From the NCBI GenBank assembly GCA_963754315.1, contig CAVWFS010000011.1, forward strand, positions 160,001 to 224,000: a DNA stretch of 64,000 bases. The letters are read 5' to 3'. This document shows positions 12,596 to 23,115 of the stretch, in pieces. Position 1 is the stretch's first letter. Each line of letters starts with the position of its first letter. The position numbers and the translations under genes were made by a program. A model generated the notes under the pieces. The model saw nothing but the letters and a program-made list of their open reading frames with translations. It did no database searches and had not been told where the DNA came from. The stretch is from an uncultured Candidatus Rokubacteria bacterium (GTDB taxonomy: Bacteria > Methylomirabilota > Methylomirabilia > Rokubacteriales > CSP1-6).

Positions 12596-13768
12596 ATGAA
12601 AGCAGTGTGCTGGTATGGGGCCTCCGACGTGCGAGTAGAGGCGGTAGCCGACCCCGAGCTGCTCAGCGACCGCGACGCGATTGTGAAGGTCACGCTCACC
12701 GCCATCTGCGGTTCGGACCTGCACCTGTTCGGTGGCTACATTCCGGCCATGAAGCGAGGCGACGTTCTGGGGCACGAGTTCATGGGGGAGGTGGTCGAGG
12801 TCGGCCGCGGGGTGAAGACCCTGGCCGTCGGCGATCGCGTGGTTGTTCCGTTCGCGATCGCTTGTGGGGCGTGCCACTACTGCGAAGCCGGTCTCTGGTC
12901 ACTCTGTGACAACTCCAACCCGAATTCGGCAGCCCTGCAAATGCTGTACGGGGCGGCGGGGGGCGGTCTCTTCGGATACTCGCACCTGTATGGGGGCTAC
13001 GCGGGGGGCCAAGCGGAGTTCGTACGGGTGCCATTCGCGGATGTGGGGCCGTTGCCGATCCCGGCCGGGTTGTCGGACGAAAAGGTGCTCTTCCTCGGCG
13101 ACATCTTCCCGACGGGCTACCAGGCGGCTGAGAACTGCGATCTCAGGCCGGGCGACTCTGTCGCCGTCTGGGGCTGCGGGCCGGTGGGCCTCCTCGCGAT
13201 CAAGAGCGCCTTCATGCTCGGCGCCGACCGCGTGTTTGCCATCGACCGCTTTCCGGAACGGCTGAGTCTGGCGGAGACCTTTGGAAAGGCAGAGACCCTG
13301 AACTACGAGGCGATGGACGTTGTCGAAGAGATGCAGGCGCGTACGGCGGGCCGGGGCCCTGACGCCTGTATCGACGCGGTGGGGATGGAGGCGCACGGCA
13401 CCACGGTGGCCGCGTTGGTGGATCGAGCGAAACAAGCCGTACGGCTGGCCAGCGACCGGCCTCACGTGCTGCGCCAGGCGATTCAGGCGTGCCGAAAGGG
13501 AGGAACCGTATCGATCCCCGGTGTGTACGGTGGCTTCCTCGACAAGGTTCCCCTCGGCGCCGCCTTTGCCAAGGGCCTCACCTTGAAGATGGGACAGACG
13601 CACGCCCATCGCTACCTGCGGCCGCTGCTCGAGCGAATCGCCGAGGGACAGATCGATCCCTCCTTGATCATCACGCACCGGCTCCCGCTCGACGAAGCTC
13701 CCCGAGCGTACGAAGTGTTCCGTGACAAGCAGGAAGGCTGCGTCAAAGTGGTCCTCAACCCCGCCTGA
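12596..13768 (+). CDS. Zn-dependent alcohol/formaldehyde dehydrogenase (YbdR-like MDR)
   Basis: [41 protein letters not shown]. Confidence 0.92.
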   Translation: MKAVCWYGASDVRVEAVADPELLSDRDAIVKVTLTAICGSDLHLFGGYIPAMKRGDVLGHEFMGEVVEVGRGVKTLAVGDRVVVPFAIACGACHYCEAGLWSLCDNSNPNSAALQMLYGAAGGGLFGYSHLYGGYAGGQAEFVRVPFADVGPLPIPAGLSDEKVLFLGDIFPTGYQAAENCDLRPGDSVAVWGCGPVGLLAIKSAFMLGADRVFAIDRFPERLSLAETFGKAETLNYEAMDVVEEMQARTAGRGPDACIDAVGMEAHGTTVAALVDRAKQAVRLASDRPHVLRQAIQACRKGGTVSIPGVYGGFLDKVPLGAAFAKGLTLKMGQTHAHRYLRPLLERIAEGQIDPSLIITHRLPLDEAPRAYEVFRDKQEGCVKVVLNPA

Positions 13769-13783
13769 TCGAGGAGACTGGTC

Positions 13784-14218
13784 ATGACACAACGGATCCG
13801 TGACGTGATGACCCCGAACCCGATTACCTTGCCGGCCACGGCCAGCGCGCTTGAGGCGGCCAAGGCCATGCGTGAAGGGGATGTCGGCGATGTCATCGTG
13901 CTCGATGGCGACCATCTCGATGGTAACCATATCGTCGGTATCGTGACCGACCGTGACATTGTCGTACGGGGAGTGGCCTTCGGCCTCAACCCTGCTGAGA
14001 CGAGCATCGGCGAAATTTGTAGCCGAGTGCTGACCACGGTCTCGCCCACCGACGAGGTCGCGGATGCCATCGTGCTTATGAAGGACAAGGCCATCCGTCG
14101 GCTGCCCGTGGTGGATCGCAATCGCCCTGTCGGCATCGTATCCCTGGGCGACCTCGCCGTCGAGAGAGACCGGCGTTCGGTCCTCGGCGAGATCAGCGCT
14201 GCGCCGCCAAATCTCTGA
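13784..14218 (+). CDS. CBS-pair domain protein
   Basis: GIVTDRDIVVR, IRRLPVV, GIVSLGDL. Confidence 0.9.
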   Translation: MTQRIRDVMTPNPITLPATASALEAAKAMREGDVGDVIVLDGDHLDGNHIVGIVTDRDIVVRGVAFGLNPAETSIGEICSRVLTTVSPTDEVADAIVLMKDKAIRRLPVVDRNRPVGIVSLGDLAVERDRRSVLGEISAAPPNL

Positions 14219-14356
14219 GCAAACGATCGAAGATGATCGCGCGGCGGCCGCCCGGAGCCCCTCCGGACACCTGGGCGGAGCGCTTTGGGCTGACGGAGGC
14301 GGCGAAGAACGCGCACAGTCTGACGTTCGGCGGGTGACAGTCTCCGCCCAGGCTGA

Positions 14357-16432
14357 TTATCGACACTCCGAAGCGCTAGGCGCCATCTCCAATGCTTTCA
14401 CCCAGGCGCGCGTCACTTCGGCGACGCTCCACGCCTGGGCCACACAGCCGCGAGGGGTGAAGGGAGGCTCCGCGTCGAAGATCTCGCTGATCGAGCCGAG
14501 GCAGGCTTCGTTGAGATGATCGAGCAAGCCGCTGAGCACATCGCGAGCGCCAGACGCGTCGCCGTGCACCCGAAGCCAGACATCGAGCAAGGGCCCGAGC
14601 AGCCAGGGCCAGACGGTCCCCTGGTGGTAGGCGGCGTCGCGCGAGCGTAGATCGCCATCGTATTGCGCCTTGTAGTCGGCGTGACCGGGCGCCAGCGAGC
14701 GAAGGCCGACTGGAGTCAGAAGCCGCTCGCAGACCACATCCAGGACTCGCGGCCAGCGTGAGGGCTCGAGGACCGGATGGGCCAGCGACATGGCCAGGAG
14801 CTGATTCGGGCGACAGGCGTTGTCGTCGCCGCCTTCGCCATCAACAACGTCGAAGAGATAGCCGCCCGCCTCGTACCAGAAGCGCTGATTGAACGACGCG
14901 CGAGCCTGATCGGCGTGCTCGGCAATCGGCCGCGCGGCCTCGGCGCCGTCTTCCTCGCGAAGCCAGGTTTCAAGGAGCCTGAGTGCGTTGTACCACAGGC
15001 CGTTGATCTCCACGGCCTTGCCGCGGCGGGGCGTCACCACCCAATCATCGACCTTGGCATCCATCCACGTGAGCTGGTACCCGGGCTCGCCCTGATGCAG
15101 GAGGCCGTCGCCCGGATCCACCCGAATCCCGAAGCGGGTGCCCTTCACGTGGTAGTCCACGATGTCGCGGAGCGTGGGCAGCAAGGTGTGCAGCAGCTCC
15201 CGGTCACCCGTCGCGGTGAGGTAGCGATCGATAGCGTGGAAGAACCAGAGGGTGGCATCGGCCGTGTGGTAGCGCCCCTCGTCCACCCCCTCGGGAAAGA
15301 GGTTCGGGATGAGACCGTCGCGCACGTGATGCGCGAAAGTCCTCAGTATTGACCCCGCTTCGGCATGGCGTCCGGTGATCAGGGTGAGCCCCTCGAGGCT
15401 GATCATGGTGTCCCGTCCCCAATCGGTAAACCAGTGATAGCCGGCCACGACTGTACGGGCCTCGTCGCCAGCAGCCCGTGAGCGGGCGGCGTCGTGAATG
15501 CGCCCGCCGGGCGTGATGATGAACTGGTCCGCGGCCAGCACCAGCTGGGCGAGAGCGCCACGGCGAGCGACCGGATGGGCTGCCCAAAGGAGCCGGCGGC
15601 GGCGCTCGCCCTCGGCGGCCGCCGCGTCGCCGGGGCTCAGGGCGCGCAGCGTTTCCCACGACTCACACGACGCGATCAGGGTGACGTCCTGGCCGGGGCC
15701 AAGGTCGACGCGGAAGTATCCAGGACTCCACAGGTCACCCACTGCTTCGTAGCCGCGCTGGGCTTCGGTGCGGTAGTAGACCTGCTCGACGTTCATTCGG
15801 TCGAATGTGAAGGCGCCCTGTGTCCCCGACAGCTGCATGCGAAGTGGCGGCAGGGAGGCGCCGACCGATACCTCGTAGCGGTCGTCAGCCACCGTGAGCG
15901 TGCAGGAGCCAGCCGGTGGCTCACTCACGGGCGCGTGATGGGCGCGGAAATCCACGCATGGTCGGAGGGCGAGCCGGAGTGACCCCGATCCAGCGAGGAG
16001 CCTATAGGTCACGTGGACGGTGTTCTGCAGGTGGGGCATGAGCAGTGACTTCTCGAGGATCCAGTCGCGTATGGTGTACCGCCAGACCGGAAGCCCGGCC
16101 TCCAACCGAAACTCGACCAGATGGGCAGTCCCGTCGAGATAGAGACGGTTGTTGGTGTGCTCGTCGCCGGTGAGCACGACGACCGTGTGGTCTGGCAGCC
16201 GGACTCGCTCGGTCAAGCGGCTGAGCATCACGGTGCGGCCAAACGGCGATGGCAGGGCGGCGATGAGCAGACCATGAAAGCGGCGCGTGAGAACGCCGGC
16301 GACCGTGCCGGAGGCATAGCCGCCCAGGCCGTTGGTGACCAACCACTCGCGAGTCAAAAGCTGTTGCGTTTCAGCGGCAGTGTTTGGCTTCCATGACATG
16401 CGTCGAACGAGTCCGAGGCTTTCGTCGCTCAT
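14357..16432 (-). CDS. Amylo-alpha-1,6-glucosidase (glycogen debranching enzyme family)
   Basis: EWLVTNGLGGYASGT, AGYHWFTDWGRDTMI, TWMDAK, YHQGTVWPW, AQAWSVAE. Confidence 0.92.
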   Translation of the reverse strand: MSDESLGLVRRMSWKPNTAAETQQLLTREWLVTNGLGGYASGTVAGVLTRRFHGLLIAALPSPFGRTVMLSRLTERVRLPDHTVVVLTGDEHTNNRLYLDGTAHLVEFRLEAGLPVWRYTIRDWILEKSLLMPHLQNTVHVTYRLLAGSGSLRLALRPCVDFRAHHAPVSEPPAGSCTLTVADDRYEVSVGASLPPLRMQLSGTQGAFTFDRMNVEQVYYRTEAQRGYEAVGDLWSPGYFRVDLGPGQDVTLIASCESWETLRALSPGDAAAAEGERRRRLLWAAHPVARRGALAQLVLAADQFIITPGGRIHDAARSRAAGDEARTVVAGYHWFTDWGRDTMISLEGLTLITGRHAEAGSILRTFAHHVRDGLIPNLFPEGVDEGRYHTADATLWFFHAIDRYLTATGDRELLHTLLPTLRDIVDYHVKGTRFGIRVDPGDGLLHQGEPGYQLTWMDAKVDDWVVTPRRGKAVEINGLWYNALRLLETWLREEDGAEAARPIAEHADQARASFNQRFWYEAGGYLFDVVDGEGGDDNACRPNQLLAMSLAHPVLEPSRWPRVLDVVCERLLTPVGLRSLAPGHADYKAQYDGDLRSRDAAYHQGTVWPWLLGPLLDVWLRVHGDASGARDVLSGLLDHLNEACLGSISEIFDAEPPFTPRGCVAQAWSVAEVTRAWVKALEMAPSASECR

Positions 16433-16535
16433 GATGCCAGGGTGCAGGCTACCGCTGTGGCCGTCAACCAGAATCCAACTTCAACATCACCCGCATGTCG
16501 CTGGCACAGCATTTGATTCATTGGGGAAGACAATC

Positions 16536-18455
16536 ATGAAAGAGCTTGCACGCCGTTTGCCCATCGGGGCCGAACTGTTGGAGGACGGAGTCGATTTCCG
16601 CGTGTGGGCACCGGCGGCAACCTCCGTCGAGGTGCTTCTCGATACGGAGCAGGGCGTGCGTTGTGTCGGCAAGCTAGACGCCGAAGAGGAAGGCGGCTAC
16701 TTTGCCGCGCGAATTGCCGATGTTGACGTCGGTAGTCGCTATTGGTTCCGGCTGGACGGAGAGGAGCCTCTGTGCCCGGATCCCGCCTCGCGCTTCCAGC
16801 CGGACGGGCCCCATGGCCCGTCACAGGTTGTTGATCCCTCGCGATTCGCCTGGACGGACGGAGCATGGCCCGGTGTCCGCCTCGAGGGACAGGTCATTTA
16901 CGAGATGCATATCGGCACGTTCACCGGCTCCCGGCACGTGGGCGGCCGCCACCGCCGAGCTTCCCGAGCTGGCCCGACTGGGGGTGACGGTCCTCGAGGT
17001 GATGCCCATTGGAGACTTTCCGGGCCGGTTTGGCTGGGGCTACGATGGCGTCTGCTTCTTCGCGCCCACGCGGCTCTACGGAGAGCCGGACGACTTCCGC
17101 CGCTTCGTTGACCGCGCGCATGCCCTGGGCCTGGCCGTCATCCTCGACGTCGTCTATAACCACGCCGGCCCCGACGGCAATTGCCTGGAACGGTTCTCGC
17201 AATACTACTTCACCGATCGCTACGAGACCGACTGGGGCACCGCCCTGAACTTCGATGGGCCCCACTGCGGTCCCGTCCGCGAGTTCTACGCGAGCAACGC
17301 CGGCTACTGGATCGACGAGTTTCACCTCGACGGCCTGCGCCTCGATGCCACCCAGTCCATCTTCGACGTTCGCCGCAGCACATCCTCGCCGCCGTGACCA
17401 AGCGTGTACGCGAGGCGGCGGGCGGACGAGCGACCATCGTGATTGCCGAGAACGAGCCCCAGCACGCGCGCTTGCTGCGCTCCCCATCCGCGGGCGGCTA
17501 CGGGATCGACGCCGTGTGGAACGATGATTTTCACCATTCGGCCATGGTGGCGCTCACCGGCAGGCGTGAAGCCTACTACGGTGATCATCAGGGGACGCCC
17601 CAGGAGCTGATCTCGGCTCTCAAGTGGGGATACCTGTTCCAGGGTCAGCGCTATCGGTGGCAAGGCAAGGAACGGGGAACCCCGACCCTCGACCTGGCTC
17701 CGGCACGCTTCGTAGCGTTCATCCAGAATCACGATCAGGTCGCCAACTCGCTGCGCGGCCAGCGTGTCCATCGGCTGACCAGTCCGGCGCGCCTCCGAGC
17801 GCTGACGGCGGTGCTGCTGCTTGGGCCGGCAACGCCCATGCTCTTCCAGGGTCAAGAGTTCTGGGCGTCGAGCCCCTTTCTGTACTTCGCCGATCACGGG
17901 AAGGAGCTGGCCAGTCAGGTGCGGCGCGGACGCGCCGAGTTCCTCAGCCAGTTTCCCAGCATCGCGTCCCCGGAGGCTGCTCGCTGGCTGGCCGATCCGG
18001 GGGCGCCGTCGACCTTCGAGCGATCGAAGCTCGATCACAGCGAGCGCGAGCGCCACCGCGAGCCGTGGCTGCTCCATCATGACCTGCTCGCCGTGCGCCG
18101 TACCGATCCGACCTTTCGCGCACAGTGCCCGCGCGGAATGGACGGCGCCGTCCTCGGGTCCGACGCGTTTGTCTTGCGTTTCTTCGGGCAGGACGACGAA
18201 GACCGCCTGTTGCTCGTGAATCTCGGGCGAGACCTCGAGTTGGCGGTCGCCCCGGAGCCCTTGCTGGCGCCGCCGGCAGGTCGGCGCTGGAGTCTCCTGT
18301 GGTCGAGCGAGGATCCTCGCTACGGTGGCGGCGGCGGGCCGTCGCTCGAATCGCCGTGGGTTCTTCCTGGTGAGGCGGCGATCGTGCTGCGTGCCGATGT
18401 GGTGCGGCCGGTTGCCGCCGCCGAATGGGTGGCGGGGCCCTTGCAGCGGCAATAG
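16536..18455 (+). CDS. treZ: Malto-oligosyltrehalose trehalohydrolase (apparent frameshifts near 16930 and 17370)
   Basis: FRVWAP, DPASRFQPDGPHG, YEMHIGTF / WGYDGV, DVVYNH, DGLRLDA / IAENE, QNHDQVAN spread over three frames. Confidence 0.9.
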
Positions 18456-18463
18456 CACGAAGA

Positions 18464-18853
18464 ATGAGTGGCATGGTCATCACGCACCACAATGGGAGCC
18501 TCAGCGCTCAGTTGGCCCACCTGGCCAAGCTTCAAGGGGAGCTCGCGCTGGCCGAGACCCGCAGTTTGTTCGTGTCGGCCGCCATCGCGGTCGCGATCGC
18601 CATCCTCGCCAGCATGGCGATGGTGGCCTCCGCGGTGGTGCTCATCGCCGGCGGGCTGGCTCCGCTGTTCGGGGGGCATTGGCAGCATCTGGTGGTGGCC
18701 GGCGGTTGTGCCTTCATCACCGCGAGTGTGGCTCTCGCGTGGAGCGCCTGGCGCCTGCGGCACCTCGAGGTGCCGCGCGAGACACTGCAATCGCTCACGG
18801 AGAATTGGGAATGGCTCGTAGCACAGGTGAGGTCCAGGCTGACATTGCGTTGA
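18464..18853 (+). CDS. Holin-like 2-TM membrane protein (YqjE/holin-X type)
   Basis: ELALAE...two TM helices...PRETLQSLTENWEW; clustered with DUF3618/DUF883-like genes. Confidence 0.65.
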   Translation: MSGMVITHHNGSLSAQLAHLAKLQGELALAETRSLFVSAAIAVAIAILASMAMVASAVVLIAGGLAPLFGGHWQHLVVAGGCAFITASVALAWSAWRLRHLEVPRETLQSLTENWEWLVAQVRSRLTLR

Positions 18854-19152
18854 TGCGCCGGGCAATCGAGCGGAAGCTCGACGCTCTCCACGACCGCCTT
18901 CCTGCGCGTTGGTGGCTGTCCTATGCGTGGCTCGCGGGCGGGTTTGCGACGGGCCTGCTGCTCTCCCGCGTACCGCTGCTGGCGATGACAGCCAGTGCGC
19001 TGCGGCTGGCCCAGCTGGGGCTCGGCCTGGTGGCGACCATGAAATCGGTCCAGCACGTGCTGCAGGACGGCGGTCCCCACCCATGGTCCGGCGATCATCG
19101 TAACGGGAGTGACAGGGACGCACGCCACGGCAGCACACACAGAGTCAGATGA
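18811..19152 (+). CDS. DUF3618-like protein
   Basis: MARSTGEVQADIALMRRAIERKLDAL followed by a hydrophobic segment. Confidence 0.55.
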   Translation: MARSTGEVQADIALMRRAIERKLDALHDRLPARWWLSYAWLAGGFATGLLLSRVPLLAMTASALRLAQLGLGLVATMKSVQHVLQDGGPHPWSGDHRNGSDRDARHGSTHRVR

Positions 19153-19161
19153 GGTGAGGCC

Positions 19162-19497
19162 ATGAAGGATCGCGAGTACATGAACGAAACGTTGACTGAG
19201 CAACTGGGGGAGACGGCTCGGCGCGTGGCTGAGGCGGGGCGAGACACGGCATTGCGCGCGACCGATTATGTCCGCGATGGGCTTGGACGGGCGGCGGACC
19301 TTGCCCATGACTGGTCCTCGAAAGCAGGGGAACAGATCGCGGATCTAACGAGCCGCCCGCCTGACGCGTGGACGCGGCAGTTACGTGGCTTTGTCGAGCA
19401 GAACCCAATGAAATCGCTCCTTATCACGATTGCCATCGGCTACGTGCTCGGAAAGCTGTTGGGACACGGCGAACGGACCGCGGGCGGTCGTTTGTAG
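19162..19497 (+). CDS. DUF883/ElaB-YqjD-like membrane-anchored stress protein
   Basis: Helical body with C-terminal FVEQNPMKSLLITIAIGYVLGKLL. Confidence 0.7.
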   Translation: MKDREYMNETLTEQLGETARRVAEAGRDTALRATDYVRDGLGRAADLAHDWSSKAGEQIADLTSRPPDAWTRQLRGFVEQNPMKSLLITIAIGYVLGKLLGHGERTAGGRL

Positions 19498-19539
19498 AAC
19501 GTACCGTGCGGACCAACGCTCCCAGTTGACTGCGGCCGC

Positions 19540-19555
19540 TGGCATCGAGTCTGCA
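19540..19555 (+). promoter_or_regulatory. sigma54 promoter
   Basis: TGGCATCGAGTCTGCA upstream of the BON gene. Confidence 0.6.
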
Positions 19556-19627
19556 ATCCTGAAGACAGCGGCACCAAAAACCTGTGCCGACCCACCGTCG
19601 GACAGGAGCACACAGAGTATGGAGGGC

Positions 19628-20227
19628 ATGATGCGACAGACATGGATGTTCGGAGTGACCTTGGCGGCGCTCGTTGCCGCCCCCGCGTTCGTCGATGCCC
19701 AGTCGACGACGACGGAGACGAAGGTCGAACGGACCAAAGACCCGGTGAGTGAGACCACGGGCAAGATGACCGGGACCACCAAGGATGCGTGGCTCACCGC
19801 CAAGACAAAGATCGCGCTGTATGGCGACGACCGTGTGTCGGGGAGCAGTATTAACGTGGATACGCAGAACGCCACGGTCATGCTCCGCGGGAAGGTGAGC
19901 AGTGCCGACGAGAAGCGGGCTGCCGAGGAAGTGGCCCGCAGCATCGACGGTGTGGGGACAGTCAAGAACGAGCTGCAGGTGGTGTCCCCGAGCGAACGCA
20001 AGATGGTGAACGCCAAGGATAGCGATCTGAAGGATTCCATTCAGCGTCGCATCAAGACGGACACGCGTCTGAAGGACTCCGACATTGAGGTCCGGGTGGA
20101 CGCCGGCGTGGTGACGCTCATGGGTGACGTCAAGGACATTGGGGTGCGCGCTCGTGCCTCGGAGGTCGCCCGCGGGGTGCCAGGTGTGAAGTACGTCAAG
20201 AACGAACTTCGCGAGAAGAGCAGCTAG
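19628..20227 (+). CDS. Dual-BON domain periplasmic protein (OsmY-like)
   Basis: Signal peptide; DAWLTAKTKIAL...INVDT...V(M/T)LxG.V...V.NEL repeated twice. Confidence 0.9.
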   Translation: MMRQTWMFGVTLAALVAAPAFVDAQSTTTETKVERTKDPVSETTGKMTGTTKDAWLTAKTKIALYGDDRVSGSSINVDTQNATVMLRGKVSSADEKRAAEEVARSIDGVGTVKNELQVVSPSERKMVNAKDSDLKDSIQRRIKTDTRLKDSDIEVRVDAGVVTLMGDVKDIGVRARASEVARGVPGVKYVKNELREKSS

Positions 20228-20229
20228 AG

Positions 20230-20901
20230 ATGCGCAGGGGACGGCTCGCAACGCTCATCGTCCTGGCGGCGGTCTGCGGGGCGTGCGCCTTCGAAAGTGG
20301 GGCGCCACCTCGCGAGCCGTCCCCGTCCTCGCCCACGACGCAAACGGCGCCACGCCCGCTCAGTCCGGCGCAGGCCACTCGGCTCCAACGCCTGATGGTG
20401 CCGTTGATCCAGGCCATGAACAAGCCAAAGCCGCTGAAGCAGATCCGGATCGGGGTCATTGATGACCCGGGAATCAACGCCGCGAATGCCGGCGGCGGGG
20501 AGTTCTACGTGACACGCGGCCTTCTCGAGCGGGCTAGCGACGCTCAGCTGCTCGGAGTGCTCGCTCACGAGGTTGCCCATGACGACCTCGGTCACGTCGC
20601 AAAGGTGCAAGCTCTCGGGACGGGGCTGTCGCTGGGCATCATTCTGCTCGATCAGATTGTCCCCGGTAGTAGCGCAATTACCCCGATCGCGGGTGAGCTC
20701 CTCGTGCGCGGCTATAGCCGAAAGGAAGAATATGAGGCCGACCGGCACGGCGTCGTCGTACTTGGCCGCGCCGGGTATCCGAAGGACGTGATGATCAATT
20801 CCCTGAGCTGGCTGCTCGCGCAATCAGGCCCGAGCGGAGGCGGCTTCTTGGCGACCCACCCGGCGACGGAGGACCGAATCCAGGCCCTCCGCCAGAACTA
20901 G
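20230..20901 (+). CDS. M48 family metallopeptidase, probable lipoprotein
   Basis: LAHEVAH, YSRKEEYEAD, THPATEDRI. Confidence 0.88.
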   Translation: MRRGRLATLIVLAAVCGACAFESGAPPREPSPSSPTTQTAPRPLSPAQATRLQRLMVPLIQAMNKPKPLKQIRIGVIDDPGINAANAGGGEFYVTRGLLERASDAQLLGVLAHEVAHDDLGHVAKVQALGTGLSLGIILLDQIVPGSSAITPIAGELLVRGYSRKEEYEADRHGVVVLGRAGYPKDVMINSLSWLLAQSGPSGGGFLATHPATEDRIQALRQN

Positions 20902-20908
20902 CACGCGG

Positions 20909-22000
20909 TTACCAGTGCAAGGTTTGGCCGGGGGCGAGGATCTTGATGCGGTCCTCGAGCCCCCGGCGCTGGGCCTCGTGCACGAGGCGACGAGGCGGCT
21001 CGGCGAAGGGCTCGACGTTCATGTCGAAGGTGGCCCAGTGCATGGGCACCAGGAGCTCCCCGCCCACGTCCGCGAAGAGTTGAACGGCTTCCTCGGGGTT
21101 GACGTGATTCGGATGACGGGAGGGGAAGGAGCTGTAGCCGCCAATGGGCACCGCCGCAAGCTGGAAGGGCCCGAGTCGATTGCCGATGTCCTTCATCTCG
21201 GCGAAATAGCCAGTATCGCCGGCGAAGAAGAATCGCTTGGACTGCCCCAGGATGGCCCAGGAGGCCCAGAGGCGTCGGTTCTGGTCGGTCAGGGTGCGGC
21301 CGGATGAATGCTGGGCCGGCGTGCACACGAACGTGAGGCCAGCCACCGAGACAGATTCCCACCAGTCCAGTTCGATCACTCGCGTGATCCCGAGATCAGC
21401 GAGGAACTCTCGTAACCCGAGCGGGACGACGAAGACAGCGTGCTGGTGGTCGCGAGCGATCCGCCTCACCGTCTCCTCGTCCAGGTGGTCGTAGTGATCG
21501 TGGGAAATGACCACGGCCTGGATCGGCGGGAGGTCTTCAAAGCGGAGGCCAGGAGCGATCATGCGCCGCGGCCCGGCAAAGCGCAGCGGACTGGCGCGTT
21601 CACTCCAGTGAGGGTCGGTCAGAATATTGACCCCATCGAGCTGGACGAGAAATGTCGAATGCCCGACCCAGGTAGCCGTGGCCTCGATGCCGTTGGTGCG
21701 GAGGGCGACCCCGTCGTTTTGCGTAAGCGTGAGGGGCTTGCCTCTCGGTTCTGACCACTGTCCGATGCGCGTGAACAGACGTCCGACTCGACCGAGCATG
21801 GAATAGGAGTAGTTACGGTCGAGATTTCGGAACCCACTCTTCAGATGGTGAGAGGCGGAGGCTGCGTAGGCGCTCTGCGCTTCGCGGCCGCTCGCGTCGC
21901 CCGTGATCACCATCAACACGAGCACGCTCGAGAGGATCAGAGCCAGTCCGCGCTCGAACCGACCTCTTGTAGATTCTACAGAGCGAGGATGAAGAAGCAC
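20909..22000 (-). CDS. MBL-fold metallohydrolase (NAPE-PLD/RomA-like); start uncertain
   Basis: TWVGHST, LTDPHWS, SHDHYDHLD, PAQHSSGR, FAGDTGY, PMHW. Confidence 0.85.
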   Translation of the reverse strand: MLLHPRSVESTRGRFERGLALILSSVLVLMVITGDASGREAQSAYAASASHHLKSGFRNLDRNYSYSMLGRVGRLFTRIGQWSEPRGKPLTLTQNDGVALRTNGIEATATWVGHSTFLVQLDGVNILTDPHWSERASPLRFAGPRRMIAPGLRFEDLPPIQAVVISHDHYDHLDEETVRRIARDHQHAVFVVPLGLREFLADLGITRVIELDWWESVSVAGLTFVCTPAQHSSGRTLTDQNRRLWASWAILGQSKRFFFAGDTGYFAEMKDIGNRLGPFQLAAVPIGGYSSFPSRHPNHVNPEEAVQLFADVGGELLVPMHWATFDMNVEPFAEPPRRLVHEAQRRGLEDRIKILAPGQTLHW

Positions 22001-22043
22001 GATGTCACCGTACCATACCGCCTCAACGAAACAAGCGATCGTC

Positions 22044-22059
22044 TGGCACGCCATCTGCA
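22044..22059 (+). promoter_or_regulatory. sigma54 promoter
   Basis: TGGCACGCCATCTGCA upstream of the LigD-Pol gene. Confidence 0.65.
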
Positions 22060-22103
22060 CAATCCGTACGGCGATGCACACGTGTGATGAGCGAGGCCAC
22101 AAC

Positions 22104-22962
22104 GTGCCGGTCGCGACCGGGCGACTCATGGATGTCGACGGACGTCGTCTGATCTTGTCCGACAGCGACGCCCCCGCCTGGCCCGAAGCGACCGTGTCGA
22201 AAGCGGAGCTGTTGAACTACTACCTCGGGGTTGCCGATGACCTGCTCGTGTTTCTCCGCGGCCGACCTTCGAGCGTGGTCCGACTCCACGAGGGGCTGAC
22301 GCCGTGGGTCTTCGATCGAAGCGGGGCAGGCAAGCATCGCAGAGCGGGCCGACATCGCGCAGCTCGTCAATGCCGGATGTCTCGGATTTCATCCCTGGAG
22401 TGCCACGTGCCAGGCCGCTGATCGACCCGATCTCATGCTGTTTGACGTCGATCCGACCGAGATCGCCTTTCGCGAGGTGAGAAACGCTGCCCTGCTCTTG
22501 CGTGAGCTCCTGGGTCGGTACCAGCTACGCAGCTGGGTCAAGACGTCGGGGGGACACGGACTGCACGTGCTGGTGCCGCTGGCCCCCAGTCACTCCTTCG
22601 AAGATGTTCATGCGGCGGCGTCCCTCATCGCTCGCGCAGCGCGCACGCGAGAACCCAAGCTCTTTACGTTTGAGGTGCGCCGATCGCGCCGCCGGGGTCG
22701 AATCCTGGTGGATGTCGAACGCAACCGGCCGGGGGCCGCCCTCATTAGCCCATTCTCGGTGAAGCCGGATACGGGGCTTGTGTCGACGCCGCTCGAATGG
22801 CCGGATCTGGAGCGGGCGACGTATCCCGAAGACTTCCCCCTCAGCTCGGCCCAGGCGCGCGTGGCAGAGATCGGCGCTCCGCTTCGGCAATTCTTCGACC
22901 ATCCCCAGTCGCTCGACCCCGTCCTTGAGGCCGTGCAGGCCCGCGAGCGACGTCGAATCTGA
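22104..22962 (+). CDS. Stand-alone NHEJ LigD primase-polymerase domain protein (frameshifted near 22330-22430)
   Basis: VSKAELLNYY...LRGRP; PDLMLFDVDP; KTSGGHGLHV; RRGRILVD; VSTPLEW. Confidence 0.8.
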
Positions 22963-22980
22963 CCCCTCCTGAAATTCTGA

Positions 22981-23015
22981 CATTTGATAATTGTATGATC
23001 TACAATTGTCAAATG
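22981..23015. promoter_or_regulatory. AT-rich inverted repeat, candidate enhancer-binding-protein UAS
   Basis: CATTTGATAATTGTA-N5-TACAATTGTCAAATG (15-bp arms, one mismatch). Confidence 0.6.
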
Positions 23016-23069
23016 GTCACGGCCGCGAAGGGTCGCGGTAACTATTTGAAGAATAAGCCGGAAAGAGCT

Positions 23070-23085
23070 CGGCATGAAAACTGCC
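23070..23085 (+). promoter_or_regulatory. sigma54 promoter
   Basis: CGGCATGAAAACTGCC upstream of the NtrC-type gene. Confidence 0.55.
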
Positions 23086-23115
23086 TTTCACACAGCCGTT
23101 CCGTGGAGGTGAGCG

